Shown one piece after another: positions 48,632 to 59,445 of a DNA stretch of 64,000 nt. The stretch's first letter is position 1. Each line of letters opens with the position of its first letter. The stretch is from assembly GCA_000965745.1 (NCBI GenBank), contig CP009479.1:1728001-1792000 (forward strand). The letters are read 5' to 3'. The position numbers and the translations under genes were made by a program. This stretch comes from an uncultured archaeon. GTDB lineage: Archaea; Thermoplasmatota; Thermoplasmata; Thermoplasmatales; Thermoplasmataceae. The notes beneath the pieces were generated by a model. That model worked only from the letters and a program-made list of their open reading frames with translations, did no database searches and was not told the DNA's origin.

Positions 48632-50902
48632 TCAGACCCGCTCCAATTGTATATTATTCAGGACAATATCTGCATTGGGTGTACCATTGGAGTATGAGGT
48701 GAATCCTCTTATTTCTGAGTTTGGATATGGCTGGCTCAAATTAACTGTGTAGCTGAAAGTATAGTACCCCGGACCAGCAATCTTTGACATTGATATGTTT
48801 GAATTCAACAAGCTTATCGTATCAAAAACAATCCAGTCAACTGTGAGAATAGTGCTATTTTCAGAAAGATTGCCCTTTATAGAGTTGAATGAAACATTGA
48901 ATTTGAGCGAATATTTCCCGGGGAGAAAGGTGTAATAGGGGCCATACCAAATGTTTCCTGTGTCTATTCCTTCATTAAAGACATGCTTATTTTCAATAAG
49001 AACACTGGAAGCATTATTTGGATTAGGAATTTTTACCCCGAATTGCCCTGAACTGAGTTGTCTGCCATCCAGATTGAACAATGAAACATTTTGGTATGGG
49101 TAATAAGCAGAAGGGCTGTTCAATTTATATCCTTTCTCAAACAGATAGATTGATCCAGGGTACTGTGTCAGGGAGTATACGTAAGAGACCAGACCGTAAT
49201 CGGAGGTGTTAAATAGCGTTTCCTTCAAGAAATTGGGAATCAGGGAAAACTGTGAAGCATCGACTAAAACATAGGCTGGCAAATTGGATTGATTGAATGG
49301 AAAAAATGGAACCCTTTGGCTGTACTCACTTGGAGGGAACCATGCAAGTGAATATGAATTTGGATTATTCGCCACAAAGGGGAACAAGTTGTCTGAAGCA
49401 AGAACAGTAGCTTTCTGGGGAACGTCTTCAACTAATTTACCCATGAATTGGTATTCTGCGTTATACCCATATTTAAGCCAATAACCCGGTGAATTACTAT
49501 GCCCAAAATTGTTGGTGTTTAAAGGGGAAAGGGCGATATTCAAAACTAACAGAATACCGAGAAATGCTAACACTTTCCCTTTCGATATGGGTCTTGCCTT
49601 TGGGATTTTCCTTGCTAATTGATCCCTGATGATAGCGTACCTTTCACCTTTAGACGTTCCGCTCGGGTCAAACAGTATGACAAAGAAAAATATAAATGAC
49701 AATGAAAGAAAACCCACTACGTCTAATGGAATAGTCTCAACAATCTGCCAGGAATTATGTACAGTTAACACAAACAGAAGTAAAGCTATCAACGAAAACA
49801 TAAAAATGGGCACCCTATCAGATTTGATCTTTGATAGGCCGTTAACAGATGCAACTGCAATGGGTGGAGCAGCAACCAAGGAGTATTGAAAACCCAATGA
49901 GGCATATCCTTCATTTAGAAAAATAGTAAAGAAAAACCAGGGTAGCGCCAAAACAAAATGTTTCGGCGAAAGCAGACCAAGAAATCCAAACGATGCGTAA
50001 AGCATTAACCAATAAACAGAGGCATTCCCTATGAAGGGAAATGACAAGTTGATCAAGAAAAGACCCCGAACGGAAGCAGTTACTGAACCCGTTTGTGTGG
50101 TTCCACCTACTAAGTGAGGCAAGAGAATATACTGAATCGCCCTAATGGATATATATGATATAACAGAGATTACAAAAATAAGAGTTAATATTCTCCATTC
50201 CCTCACAAATATCATACTCTTAATATCCAGGAATCTGAGCCCAAATTTTGAAAATGAGGAAAATAGTATTATCCCCATCGCCAGAAAAGGAAACACTTCT
50301 AGTGTCGAGACTCCAATAATGAATGGTACTAATGAGAGGGCATATTTCTTCCTCTCAACCAAGTAAAACATGCTGAGAAATTCCAGTGGCAGGAAAGATT
50401 CCCAGTGGAAATCGTACATATATCCAGAGATCATAAGGAAGTTGAATAGATACAGTAAAATGAAGAGAAACAGAATTGTATTGTTTTCAATTTTATTTCT
50501 TGCAAGGAAATAAAGGGGAATAATGGAAGAAGATAAAACAGTAGCCTGGATTACAAACAGCGTTAGTGAGTAGGGCAGGAGACGATATATGTACGAGATC
50601 GGAAATGCAATATATGCACTGTGGATTTGAAGAAAGCTATGGACACCGAAGAATGTCAGATCACTAGTCTCAAACATCAAATAACCGTGAGTGGTAGTCC
50701 ACAGAGTTTGCATTGCTATTCCCAAATCCCAGTTAAGCGCAAGGAAATTTAAAACCCTGAGATAGGAAAGGTAGGAAAAGACGGCAGAATAGAGCAAAAT
50801 GATGATCATCAAAATAACATAATCTTTAAAATGAGGGCGCCTTTGCTTGATGCTCAAATTACTACCAACCTCTTCATCAATGCTGCCCTCTTTCACTTTC
50901 AT
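48632..50902 (-). CDS. DUF2079 family membrane protein (putative GT-C fold glycosyltransferase)
   Basis: WDLGI..Q, H, DFHWE, FQY motifs; multiple TM segments; extracellular C-domain with WYGPY..F.PG.Y. Confidence 0.75.
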   Translation of the reverse strand: MKVKEGSIDEEVGSNLSIKQRRPHFKDYVILMIIILLYSAVFSYLSYLRVLNFLALNWDLGIAMQTLWTTTHGYLMFETSDLTFFGVHSFLQIHSAYIAFPISYIYRLLPYSLTLFVIQATVLSSSIIPLYFLARNKIENNTILFLFILLYLFNFLMISGYMYDFHWESFLPLEFLSMFYLVERKKYALSLVPFIIGVSTLEVFPFLAMGIILFSSFSKFGLRFLDIKSMIFVREWRILTLIFVISVISYISIRAIQYILLPHLVGGTTQTGSVTASVRGLFLINLSFPFIGNASVYWLMLYASFGFLGLLSPKHFVLALPWFFFTIFLNEGYASLGFQYSLVAAPPIAVASVNGLSKIKSDRVPIFMFSLIALLLFVLTVHNSWQIVETIPLDVVGFLSLSFIFFFVILFDPSGTSKGERYAIIRDQLARKIPKARPISKGKVLAFLGILLVLNIALSPLNTNNFGHSNSPGYWLKYGYNAEYQFMGKLVEDVPQKATVLASDNLFPFVANNPNSYSLAWFPPSEYSQRVPFFPFNQSNLPAYVLVDASQFSLIPNFLKETLFNTSDYGLVSYVYSLTQYPGSIYLFEKGYKLNSPSAYYPYQNVSLFNLDGRQLSSGQFGVKIPNPNNASSVLIENKHVFNEGIDTGNIWYGPYYTFLPGKYSLKFNVSFNSIKGNLSENSTILTVDWIVFDTISLLNSNISMSKIAGPGYYTFSYTVNLSQPYPNSEIRGFTSYSNGTPNADIVLNNIQLERV

Positions 50903-52029
50903 ACCTCGGAAATGATCTTTTGAAAAACTTGCCTTACACGCCTGAGAAACTTCATTTGTGAATAATTATCAAACTGTCTGATTGATTTTTCTGCTGATTC
51001 CCTGTATAGATTAACGTCAAGAAGCTGTGTTATGCATTCGATCCACTGGACAGGGGAATCAAGCGGAACCAACTGACCAGCATCCCCAACTATCTCCTTC
51101 ATTGGTTCGATGTCATTGGCAATGATTGGAATTCCAAAGGCCATCGCTTCCACAAGTGGGATGCCAAAACCTTCGTAACGAGATGGATAAATTAGCACAT
51201 CAGTATTAGAGTAAACCTCTTCCATGTTCTCTGCGTTTTCAACGACGCAAAGATTCGGCAGTGTAAAAGAATTAAGTTGTTCTTTGGTTGACCTTTTCAG
51301 TTTTGATACTAAGATAAATTCTATTTTATTCCCCTGCAAATGAGCAATCTTTGCCAGTTCCAGAAAGAAAACTATGTTTTTGTGCGGTTTATCCTGAGCA
51401 ACGTAGGCTACGGTTATCTTTCCAGAGGACGTGATTCTGTCGGCCGATTCGGATATGTGAGATGGCGTCTTTTTAAACAAGGTACTTTCAATCACCACCT
51501 CAATTCTATCCTTTTCAAAACCGAATTCCAAAAGCTCTACTTTGGTCTTCATGCTTGGCACTATTAACAGAGATGATTCTTTAAGGTTTTTAAGAAGGTG
51601 GCGGTATATCAAAGTAGTCACTTTTCTGTCAGCATACTCAGTGAGAGGTCTCAAATCATGCACGAAAGTCACAGCCTTCACGTTTGGACCAAATGTCCTG
51701 ATTAACGTTGGATCGGATATAAATGCCAAATCGCACTCGGCAGACTTCATCTTCTGCTTGAAGCAAAATAGTCTGTTTATACCCATACTCAAGGTCTCCC
51801 CAAAAAATGTATTCCCTTGTATTTTGACTTCTCCAACCGGATATTGGCCTGGATCTTTTTTATCCATCAGCTGGAACCATTTGGAGCACAAACCAATATT
51901 TTGGAAAGCATTTTTGTACTGTAGCATAATATTAGTGATTCCAGCAAATCTCTCAGATGCGTTAATGATGCCAATGGTCTGCAAGTCTTTCGATGGGACA
52001 TCATTAGGTTCTATAAATTTTCCTGTCAA
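50899..52029 (-). CDS. Glycosyltransferase family 4
   Basis: VHDL.P, HKN, PSRYEGFGIPLVEAMAFG.P. Confidence 0.88.
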   Translation of the reverse strand: MTGKFIEPNDVPSKDLQTIGIINASERFAGITNIMLQYKNAFQNIGLCSKWFQLMDKKDPGQYPVGEVKIQGNTFFGETLSMGINRLFCFKQKMKSAECDLAFISDPTLIRTFGPNVKAVTFVHDLRPLTEYADRKVTTLIYRHLLKNLKESSLLIVPSMKTKVELLEFGFEKDRIEVVIESTLFKKTPSHISESADRITSSGKITVAYVAQDKPHKNIVFFLELAKIAHLQGNKIEFILVSKLKRSTKEQLNSFTLPNLCVVENAENMEEVYSNTDVLIYPSRYEGFGIPLVEAMAFGIPIIANDIEPMKEIVGDAGQLVPLDSPVQWIECITQLLDVNLYRESAEKSIRQFDNYSQMKFLRRVRQVFQKIISEV

Positions 52030-52160
52030 AGGGGTTATTTACCGATATAAACCCTGCTTGATAAACGGAAGCCCTAATCACAGGTAATTCCTGAAGTGCC
52101 TGAAGCTTGGTCTGTCACAAGCGAACCATAGAATTAAATACGGGATAGGTAACATTTTCG

Positions 52161-53303
52161 TTACTCACTGATAGCACCTTCCAATAATACAATGATCTTC
52201 TCAATATTTCGTTCAATTGAGAACTGACTTGCCCTCATTATACAGTCACCTGGGGATAATAACGTCTTCCTGCTTTTCCACAGTTTCACCCCACACTGAA
52301 CAAAGGCGGTCTTAGACTCAGTTAACCATCCCGTAACTCCATTTATTACTGTTTCAGATGGGCCTTGCTTGTTATAGGTGAGAACCGGCGTGCCACATGC
52401 CATTGACTCTACCGGCACGTATCCAAAAGGCTCATCAGTAAATGGAAATGCAGTAAATAAAGCATTTGTATACAGATTGGCGAGAGACTTATCTGATATA
52501 TTCTCTTTGAATAATACTTGATTTCTAATCTCGTGATACTGCCTACTGGATATGTACTTGCTACCGAAAGCTACGATTTTCACTCCGTTCCATATCAAGT
52601 CCTTGATAGGTTCAAGATCTGTTTCCTTGCCTAGATACACCAAGACAAAATCTCTTGACGGAGCTGTGGTAGTAGGTTTAAAGGATGAAAAATCCTTCGT
52701 CGTATAGATTGTTGTATCAACATTAAACCCCATTGCATTATAAAGACTCTCCAGATGCTTTGAATTAGTCACTTTCTTCTTTGCATTTTTTTTGTATTTT
52801 GTGAGAGTACGTTTCTCAAGATGCAGAAGAATCTTTCCTAAAAGTAATCGAGTGATTTTCGCTGGAAGACTCGTCTCGGAATAATTCTTAATGGCGTGGT
52901 CTATTGGTGGTCCCTGGATCCACCACACATCTGACTTAACTGGGTTTGTCATTGATAGATTCAAAACCTTGACCGGAAAAGAGGCGTCAATCTCGCTTGA
53001 CAATTCCTGTGAATTTCTATACAATATATTCTCCCGAATCCAACCCTCTATCCAGAGTGTGGTTTCATTGCTGGCACCAAACAATGAAAGCAATCTGTTT
53101 AGGAGAAGCCCATTCTTTTTTCCAACTCTTACAGAAGCATTCAGTTCTTGAAGTTCCTGGACTGTCTCATTAGGCAGGTATGGGGAGAAGATAATGACTT
53201 CATACAAATTCCTTAGATGGGCTATCAAGGTCTTGATAAGCTGTAGTTGTACTGAAAATTTCGGAGAAATCGGATCTATTGCTATCATCAACTTATTGGT
53301 CAT
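52161..53303 (-). CDS. Glycosyltransferase family 4
   Basis: YLGKET, LY.NA, PFTDEPFGYVPVESMACGTPV. Confidence 0.87.
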   Translation of the reverse strand: MTNKLMIAIDPISPKFSVQLQLIKTLIAHLRNLYEVIIFSPYLPNETVQELQELNASVRVGKKNGLLLNRLLSLFGASNETTLWIEGWIRENILYRNSQELSSEIDASFPVKVLNLSMTNPVKSDVWWIQGPPIDHAIKNYSETSLPAKITRLLLGKILLHLEKRTLTKYKKNAKKKVTNSKHLESLYNAMGFNVDTTIYTTKDFSSFKPTTTAPSRDFVLVYLGKETDLEPIKDLIWNGVKIVAFGSKYISSRQYHEIRNQVLFKENISDKSLANLYTNALFTAFPFTDEPFGYVPVESMACGTPVLTYNKQGPSETVINGVTGWLTESKTAFVQCGVKLWKSRKTLLSPGDCIMRASQFSIERNIEKIIVLLEGAISE

Positions 53304-53467
53304 TAGATTACATGGGATTTCACGTTATGATATAAATTAGTTTTTTTGTCTTTGGGAGCCATTATTTACTCTATCAGACAATTAATTTACCCTGAAATTG
53401 CCCAATTCCATTCACAGATTCTTTAAAAAAAATATTACTATATCTTGGTATCATTGCGTTCAATACA

Positions 53468-54643
53468 ATGTACAGAAATAGGAGGAGACAGAATGATTCC
53501 TTTGATTATTTGTTCCTTCTTCCAGGAACACTCCCTTACCCAACTGGCGGGCACAAAGTGACTTATGAGCTCTGCCGCGGGCTCTCCAGAATGGGGTATA
53601 ATGTTGGGCTGGCTTTCATTAATGATGTGTACAAGGAAATCTACCTTGTGGACAAGGACCCATTGGTAAAATCCTTCCTCAAAAAGAGAAAATATGTATT
53701 TCGGCTTTATGAGACAATAGTCAACACTAAAATAGGCTTCAGAACAATCTTGCCGATTTTGCGCTTTCTGATGCGCATCGAATACAAGGAGGAGCTGGAT
53801 GATGTAAGGTTGTTTTTTAGCTTTAAACAGGTATCAAGACATTGTGTCGAGAGAGCTATTGCAGCATCATGGCAGACCTCTTTCCTATTAACGAATATGA
53901 ATGGAGCTAAGCGTAAATATTACTTGATACACCATCACGAGGACGAAATATCTTTCTCTGATTATGTCTTGCCGTTGGCTTCGAAGTCATATGGCCTTGA
54001 TCTCAAGAAAATAGTGATCAATGAGAAGACCTATGACAAGTTCAGGGACTCGAAGCCGATCAGGACTAGAATTGGACATGATATTGAAAAGTATCATTCG
54101 AATATACCTCCTGAAAACAGGATAGCTGACTTGGTTGTTTTTCCACTGCGTGAAGGGTTGGATAAGGGTTCTGAAATTGCATTGCAGGTTGCAGCAGGCG
54201 TTGCTGAGAAATTCCCTAACGCGAGGTTGGTTTCATTTGGAAATTACAGACCGAAGGATATTCCGAAAGGTGTCGAGCATCTTGGCTTTATCAATGATAA
54301 AGACCTAATCAAACTGTTGGGAAACGCTACTGTTTTTTTTCTCCCATCCTTAATCGAGGGGTTTTCTCTCATCGGAATTGAGGCTATGGCCGCAGGTGTG
54401 GCTGTCGTAAGTATTGACAATGGTGGTGTTAGAGAGTACCTTAACGACGGGCAAAATGGGATGCTCGTTTATGAGGATTACATAAATAACTCCATTAGCG
54501 TCATTTCAAGGCTATTGACTCAGAGGGACCTTAGAATAAAATTGGCCAAGGCTGGCTTTGAAACGGCGAAGTTATACTCCTTTGAGTATATGCATGAATC
54601 TTTCTTCAGAGCAATATCAGAATATGAAAGACAGTTAGGGTAA
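53468..54643 (+). CDS. Glycosyltransferase family 4 (WsaF-like N-terminus)
   Basis: PTGG.KV.YE, A.SWQT, KG, PSLIEGFSLIGIEAMAAG. Confidence 0.85.
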   Translation: MYRNRRRQNDSFDYLFLLPGTLPYPTGGHKVTYELCRGLSRMGYNVGLAFINDVYKEIYLVDKDPLVKSFLKKRKYVFRLYETIVNTKIGFRTILPILRFLMRIEYKEELDDVRLFFSFKQVSRHCVERAIAASWQTSFLLTNMNGAKRKYYLIHHHEDEISFSDYVLPLASKSYGLDLKKIVINEKTYDKFRDSKPIRTRIGHDIEKYHSNIPPENRIADLVVFPLREGLDKGSEIALQVAAGVAEKFPNARLVSFGNYRPKDIPKGVEHLGFINDKDLIKLLGNATVFFLPSLIEGFSLIGIEAMAAGVAVVSIDNGGVREYLNDGQNGMLVYEDYINNSISVISRLLTQRDLRIKLAKAGFETAKLYSFEYMHESFFRAISEYERQLG

Positions 54644-54684
54644 ATATTGAAACAAATATTTATCCGTCTTAAGTATAGGACAAC

Positions 54685-55710
54685 ATGGCTTCTATTGAGA
54701 TATCTGTCATAATAGTAGCTCATTCAAGAGAGGAGTATATCTTATCTGCAGTAGAGTCCGTTCTGCAACAAACGCTTCCAAGGGGCTTGTATGAAGTAAT
54801 TGTTGTAAAGAATTTTAAGAATCAAAAGATTGACGAGTATCTCAAGAAAGAAAAGGTTAGATCTATATACACTCAAAGCTCTAAGGTTGGAAGCAAATTC
54901 TCAGAAGGTATACTCTCAGCCAATGGAGACATAATTTGCTTCCTGGAGGATGATGATTTATTTTTTCCCGGGAAATTAAAATTCGTAAGGGATACATTTA
55001 TGGCAAATTCTCAACTCGTATTCCTACATAACTCGTTCCATACCATTGATTCAAGAGGTACAGTTCAACCTAATCCATATTATCTCCAATTGAAAAATAC
55101 GGTAGTTATAAGTAGATTAGACAAGAATGAAAGAGACATTTCAGGAATTCTTTCTCAACACGCTTTTCACAATATCAGCTCCATTAGTATCAGGAAAATG
55201 TTAATCAAGGGTAACGGCGATGAGTTCAGAGAAGTTTCTAAAATACCCGACTCATTCCTGTTTTTCCAATCTCTGGATAGCCCGTGGGAACTTATGTTTA
55301 CCTCAGAGTTATTGACATCATTCAGAGTTCATCAGAGTTTAAGCCATGCAAAAGTTTCAAACGTTCAAGAATTTTCAAAATGGATCTCGGGAACAAATGA
55401 GACATTGATTAGAGAAATGGCCAAGACAAGAGAAGTAACGTGTGGAAGTCTTACAAGAGATATACTGCAATTCTATATACTCGAGTACAAAATTCTAATG
55501 GGGCTGTCATCCAAGGGAAGAAACAAGTTGAGCTTAAAAGAACACTCAAATTATCTAAGTTTGTCGAAGAAATTAGGGCTAACGCATGGAAGAAGGATAT
55601 ACCTGGCAGGTATTCTAGGAAAGTTCTTGCCAGTACTGGTCAGCATAATATACTACTTCAGATATAAGAATTTTATGAACCCCTACTCACCTGAACTTGA
55701 TCCGAACTGA
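54685..55710 (+). CDS. Glycosyltransferase family 2
   Basis: ISVIIVAHSREEYI..AVESVLQQTL, YEVIVVKNF, FLEDDD, HNISSI. Confidence 0.87.
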   Translation: MASIEISVIIVAHSREEYILSAVESVLQQTLPRGLYEVIVVKNFKNQKIDEYLKKEKVRSIYTQSSKVGSKFSEGILSANGDIICFLEDDDLFFPGKLKFVRDTFMANSQLVFLHNSFHTIDSRGTVQPNPYYLQLKNTVVISRLDKNERDISGILSQHAFHNISSISIRKMLIKGNGDEFREVSKIPDSFLFFQSLDSPWELMFTSELLTSFRVHQSLSHAKVSNVQEFSKWISGTNETLIREMAKTREVTCGSLTRDILQFYILEYKILMGLSSKGRNKLSLKEHSNYLSLSKKLGLTHGRRIYLAGILGKFLPVLVSIIYYFRYKNFMNPYSPELDPN

Positions 55711-55798
55711 TGTGGATTCTATTTTCTGTTTTCGCATCCCTTATATAAATAACAATAGATTGCCACGCCACACATATAACATTCAATCCAAGCAGAAA

Positions 55799-57316
55799 TC
55801 AACCTGAGAGAATTCTCTGGATTTTTTCCCGGAGGCCCCGATAACGAGCTGGAAAAGCATCAGCTATTAATCTCGCATCATCTTTTGAAAGAATATGGCT
55901 TGCTCTTAGCAGTATGATATACATGAAAACGCCCAATGGTACGAGATATAATAACGAAAGTACTCCATCTCCCAAAATCAGTTCTACAAGTACAATTAAC
56001 GCGAGCATGATGAGACTTATGGCCCAGACCTTGAGTATTGGCAATGGCATGACATTGTACATTCCTTTCTTTTTAACATAAACATAGAGGATAATTGCCC
56101 TTATCGGAAGCATAAAGCCGAACCCAATGGAAGCACCAAGGATCCCAAGCGTGGGAATCAGAGCAACAGAGAGACCTATATTTGTTGCCAATGACAAAGG
56201 AGATGTAAGGTATGCAATTTTTGTCTGCCTCACGGAGGCAATAATAGCGGAAAGTATGATTGAGGGCAACGACATCGCAGTCAGAAGTAATAACAAATCA
56301 AGGGGGAGAATTGCACTACCGTAATCTGGCCCTCCAAGCAGGTAAACCAGGGGTTTCGAAACCGCAATTAAAAACAGGCTGACAGGTATATAAAGTGATG
56401 AGAGAATCCTCGAAGACCTGTCAACATTACTTTTAAGATCCTCTATGTCACCCCTGGCATAGATTTCTGAGAACTTAGGAATTAGGATCTGGTTAATTGT
56501 CCTGAAGGAACCAAACAAACCAGTAGATATCAGAAGCGATAGATTATAAATCCCAACGGAAGGTACGTTAAGAAAAAATGCGGTGATCAGTTTATCAACA
56601 TGATCTGATGCACTTCCCACCACTACCATCACAACAAAAGGGGCTGCATATTTTAACAGATCCATAGTGCGAATGCTTCTCTTTCCGCCTAAGTGACTTC
56701 TTGATTTCTGCGGGATGTCCGGTAGTAGTGAAATTATTATAAATACTTGGCCTGCAAGAAGACCAATAATAATCAGTGACAATCTATCGAAGAAAATGGC
56801 AAAAACTGTAGCGAGAGAAAATCCTATCACCGAAGAGATTGCATTGATTGAGCTCACTCTTCTGAACTTCTGCATTCCATAAGCCAAACCAGATACTATC
56901 TTAGCGAAGATAGACGCAGAAAGATACACTGATGCTATTCTAAGCACGGGCACATACGAATCACTGTGAAAGAACAGCATTGACAAAACTGGGGAAATTA
57001 AGTAGAGTAAAAGCAGGGAAATAATTGATAAAATGAGACCTATGACGGTGAAATTAGTAACAAGCCAGCTAATTTCTTGTTTATCATCTATGTAGTAAGA
57101 AATAAAATGCGAGGCTGCGTCATAAAATGGAACATAGAAAACTGACGAAAGAATCTGTGTAATCGTGATTACAAGAACTATACTTCCAACCAGCAGCGGC
57201 GTAAAAAGATGCATCAGAAAAGTGTAGAAGACTACTCCGGATACCAGTATTATTGCAGTCGAGACGTACTGGAATACCGCCCCTTGGGATGCAGAATCCC
57301 TGACGTTTATTTTCAA
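55799..57316 (-). CDS. Oligosaccharide flippase (Wzx/MOP superfamily)
   Basis: About 12-14 TM segments, VDKLI..FL....VGIY, LIPKFSE, LIPTLGILGAS. Confidence 0.85.
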   Translation of the reverse strand: MKINVRDSASQGAVFQYVSTAIILVSGVVFYTFLMHLFTPLLVGSIVLVITITQILSSVFYVPFYDAASHFISYYIDDKQEISWLVTNFTVIGLILSIISLLLLYLISPVLSMLFFHSDSYVPVLRIASVYLSASIFAKIVSGLAYGMQKFRRVSSINAISSVIGFSLATVFAIFFDRLSLIIIGLLAGQVFIIISLLPDIPQKSRSHLGGKRSIRTMDLLKYAAPFVVMVVVGSASDHVDKLITAFFLNVPSVGIYNLSLLISTGLFGSFRTINQILIPKFSEIYARGDIEDLKSNVDRSSRILSSLYIPVSLFLIAVSKPLVYLLGGPDYGSAILPLDLLLLLTAMSLPSIILSAIIASVRQTKIAYLTSPLSLATNIGLSVALIPTLGILGASIGFGFMLPIRAIILYVYVKKKGMYNVMPLPILKVWAISLIMLALIVLVELILGDGVLSLLYLVPLGVFMYIILLRASHILSKDDARLIADAFPARYRGLREKIQRILSG

Positions 57317-57430
57317 CGCGGTTTTATCGCTAATATATAATTAATTCTTATGGCGCTACTGTTTTCCCCAATAAAGAACGTCCCTTGACCTGTCGGTATG
57401 TAGAATATCAGACTTCCTCCAGAAGCACGA

Positions 57431-58330
57431 TTGATAGAAAACTTCAATAAGACAATAGTTTTTAATGATGAAATGCCAACTTCTGAGGAGAAAGTCACAA
57501 ACTCCAACCCAGTAGTAAATGTCATTATACGTGCATTTAATGCCCAGGCATACATAGGAGCAGCTGTTGATTCCGTTTACAGTCAAGATTACCCTGGCAA
57601 TATACAAGTGCTTATACTCTTTGATGAAGGTACCTCAGACAATACTCTAGAAAAACTCAATCAATTTTTTTCAAAACAAATTTCCAATAGGACAATAGGT
57701 ATCATAAAGCACCCACACATGTCACCTTTCAGATCACTTTTTTACGGACTCAAAATCTCTCAGTCAGACTTTACGACCTTTCTGGATTACGATAACCTCT
57801 ATTCTACCGACTACATTCGTAAAATGATAGATTACTTTTCAGAAGGGAACTCTGACTTTGCTTTCAGTTCACCAGTCTTGATTGATACCTCGGGAAGGAG
57901 AACTGGTGGAAGGCTATATGAAATATCGAAAAATATTCGCCGTCTAAGGCTACGACAGATGTACAGTAATTCGATCGACATAAATACAATTTTTATTAAC
58001 AGGAAAGCGTCCAAGTTAATCTGCAAAAGATTTGAAAGACTCCCATTTCCAACATATGACTGGATTTATGAAGATTGGGTCATTGCAGTCATAGGCTTGT
58101 TCGAGTTAAACGTTGGGGTCATGTATGGAGATTACGTATTTTACAGGACCCATCCACAGAACATTACATACAATATGCACACTGTTCATCTTTCCTCGCC
58201 AGACTTGCATAGGAAAATAATATCCTTAATCGCTATAAGGAACGTTGAGGGCATGCAACTTTCTACACTTCATCTTATGATTCTTGCTATCTACAGTGTC
58301 TATAAGGTTACTATCTCATGGTTCCTGTGA
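57431..58330 (+). CDS. Glycosyltransferase family 2 (last codons hit by IS481)
   Basis: VIIRAFNA..YI..AVDSV..Q, D.GTSD, FLDYDN, EDW; the current stop TGA is supplied by the IS end. Confidence 0.82.
   Translation: MIENFNKTIVFNDEMPTSEEKVTNSNPVVNVIIRAFNAQAYIGAAVDSVYSQDYPGNIQVLILFDEGTSDNTLEKLNQFFSKQISNRTIGIIKHPHMSPFRSLFYGLKISQSDFTTFLDYDNLYSTDYIRKMIDYFSEGNSDFAFSSPVLIDTSGRRTGGRLYEISKNIRRLRLRQMYSNSIDINTIFINRKASKLICKRFERLPFPTYDWIYEDWVIAVIGLFELNVGVMYGDYVFYRTHPQNITYNMHTVHLSSPDLHRKIISLIAIRNVEGMQLSTLHLMILAIYSVYKVTISWFL
58313..58325 (+). repeat. 13-bp target-site duplication (left copy)
   Basis: ATCTCATGGTTCC, repeated at 59307-59319. Confidence 0.9.
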
Positions 58331-59306
58331 TATCCTGAGTATTGTTTCTTTTTATACTGCCTCTTCTTCCTCACCATTGTTCATCTTCTCCTCATATGCC
58401 ATTGCTGGGGTCACAACAGGCCTCTCTTTATCACTGAGAGACATGTGCCTCCTCTCATTGTTGTAATAGTACACAACTTCCTCCCAGGTGCCGAAGTGCT
58501 TCCTCAATCCCTTCAGTGTACCGTTGAACCTCTCCAGCTTGCCGTTTGTCTGGGGATGCTTCACCCTTGCGAGGATGTGCCTTATTCCCTCTGATTCAAG
58601 GAATCTCTGGAACTCATTTGGACCTCCGGGCTCGCCGTTCTTCCCGTTTGAGAAGAACTGTGTACCATGATCTGTCATGATCTCCCTCGGCTTTCCGTGC
58701 TCTTCTATTGCCTTCCTGAGAACAATGAGGCTGTTCTCAGTGGTGGCAGAATCAAATGATCCAAATCCGACGATGTATCTGGAAGCATCATCCTCTATGA
58801 CGAGGAGCTGCTCTTCCCTGTACTCTGCCCAGTCCATGTGCCACAGTGAGTTTGAGTGCTTTCTTTCGTATCTTACCCATTTTCGTTGTTTCTTCTTGTT
58901 TGGATCTTCCATAGCCATACCCGATTCGATGAGTATTCTGTGTATCCTGTTGTGCGAAATCATTAGGCCATTCTCCATGAGGTAATTCTCAATGGCAATG
59001 GCACCCGCGTTGGGGTGCCTCTGCCTTGCCTCCATGACTGCCTGTATCTCAGCATCAGTGATCTGATGAGGTTTTGGGCCCTTCTCCCTCAGGGTTCTCT
59101 TTCCGATCTCCCTGTAATTCTTCCATATGCTGTTCACGTACTGCACTGTTACATGCATGGAACGTGCTATTTCGCTGCTTGATACACGCTTCTCCTTCTG
59201 ACTGATGATCCACTGTACCTTTCGATCATTGAGCTTCAATCCCGAGGGATCAAGCAATGATAAATCAAACCTGGGTATATATAGAAACTTTTCTCGGGAT
59301 ATTACA
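58326..59306 (-). mobile_element. IS481-family insertion sequence, 981 bp
   Basis: TGT...ACA termini; IRs TGTGATATCCTGAGTATTGTTTCT vs TGTAATATCCCGAGAAAAGTTTCT (19/24 match); 13-bp TSD. Confidence 0.92.
58352..59257 (-). CDS. IS481-family DDE transposase
   Basis: N-terminal HTH; WHMD, DDASR, TDHGTQF, HPQTNGKLERFNGTLK, YNNERRH.SL; single ORF. Confidence 0.92.
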   Translation of the reverse strand: MLDPSGLKLNDRKVQWIISQKEKRVSSSEIARSMHVTVQYVNSIWKNYREIGKRTLREKGPKPHQITDAEIQAVMEARQRHPNAGAIAIENYLMENGLMISHNRIHRILIESGMAMEDPNKKKQRKWVRYERKHSNSLWHMDWAEYREEQLLVIEDDASRYIVGFGSFDSATTENSLIVLRKAIEEHGKPREIMTDHGTQFFSNGKNGEPGGPNEFQRFLESEGIRHILARVKHPQTNGKLERFNGTLKGLRKHFGTWEEVVYYYNNERRHMSLSDKERPVVTPAMAYEEKMNNGEEEEAV

Positions 59307-59319
59307 ATCTCATGGTTCC
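59307..59319 (+). repeat. 13-bp target-site duplication (right copy)
   Basis: ATCTCATGGTTCC. Confidence 0.9.
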
Positions 59320-59445
59320 TCGGATAAGTGCCATTTTAAGGGCGTTTTTGATCCGATTGATGGTAAGTCTTACCAATAGACTTTATTGATCGGGCAATTT
59401 CTGGGTATTGGACAATTTAATAACTACTGACAAATCTCCAGTAGG

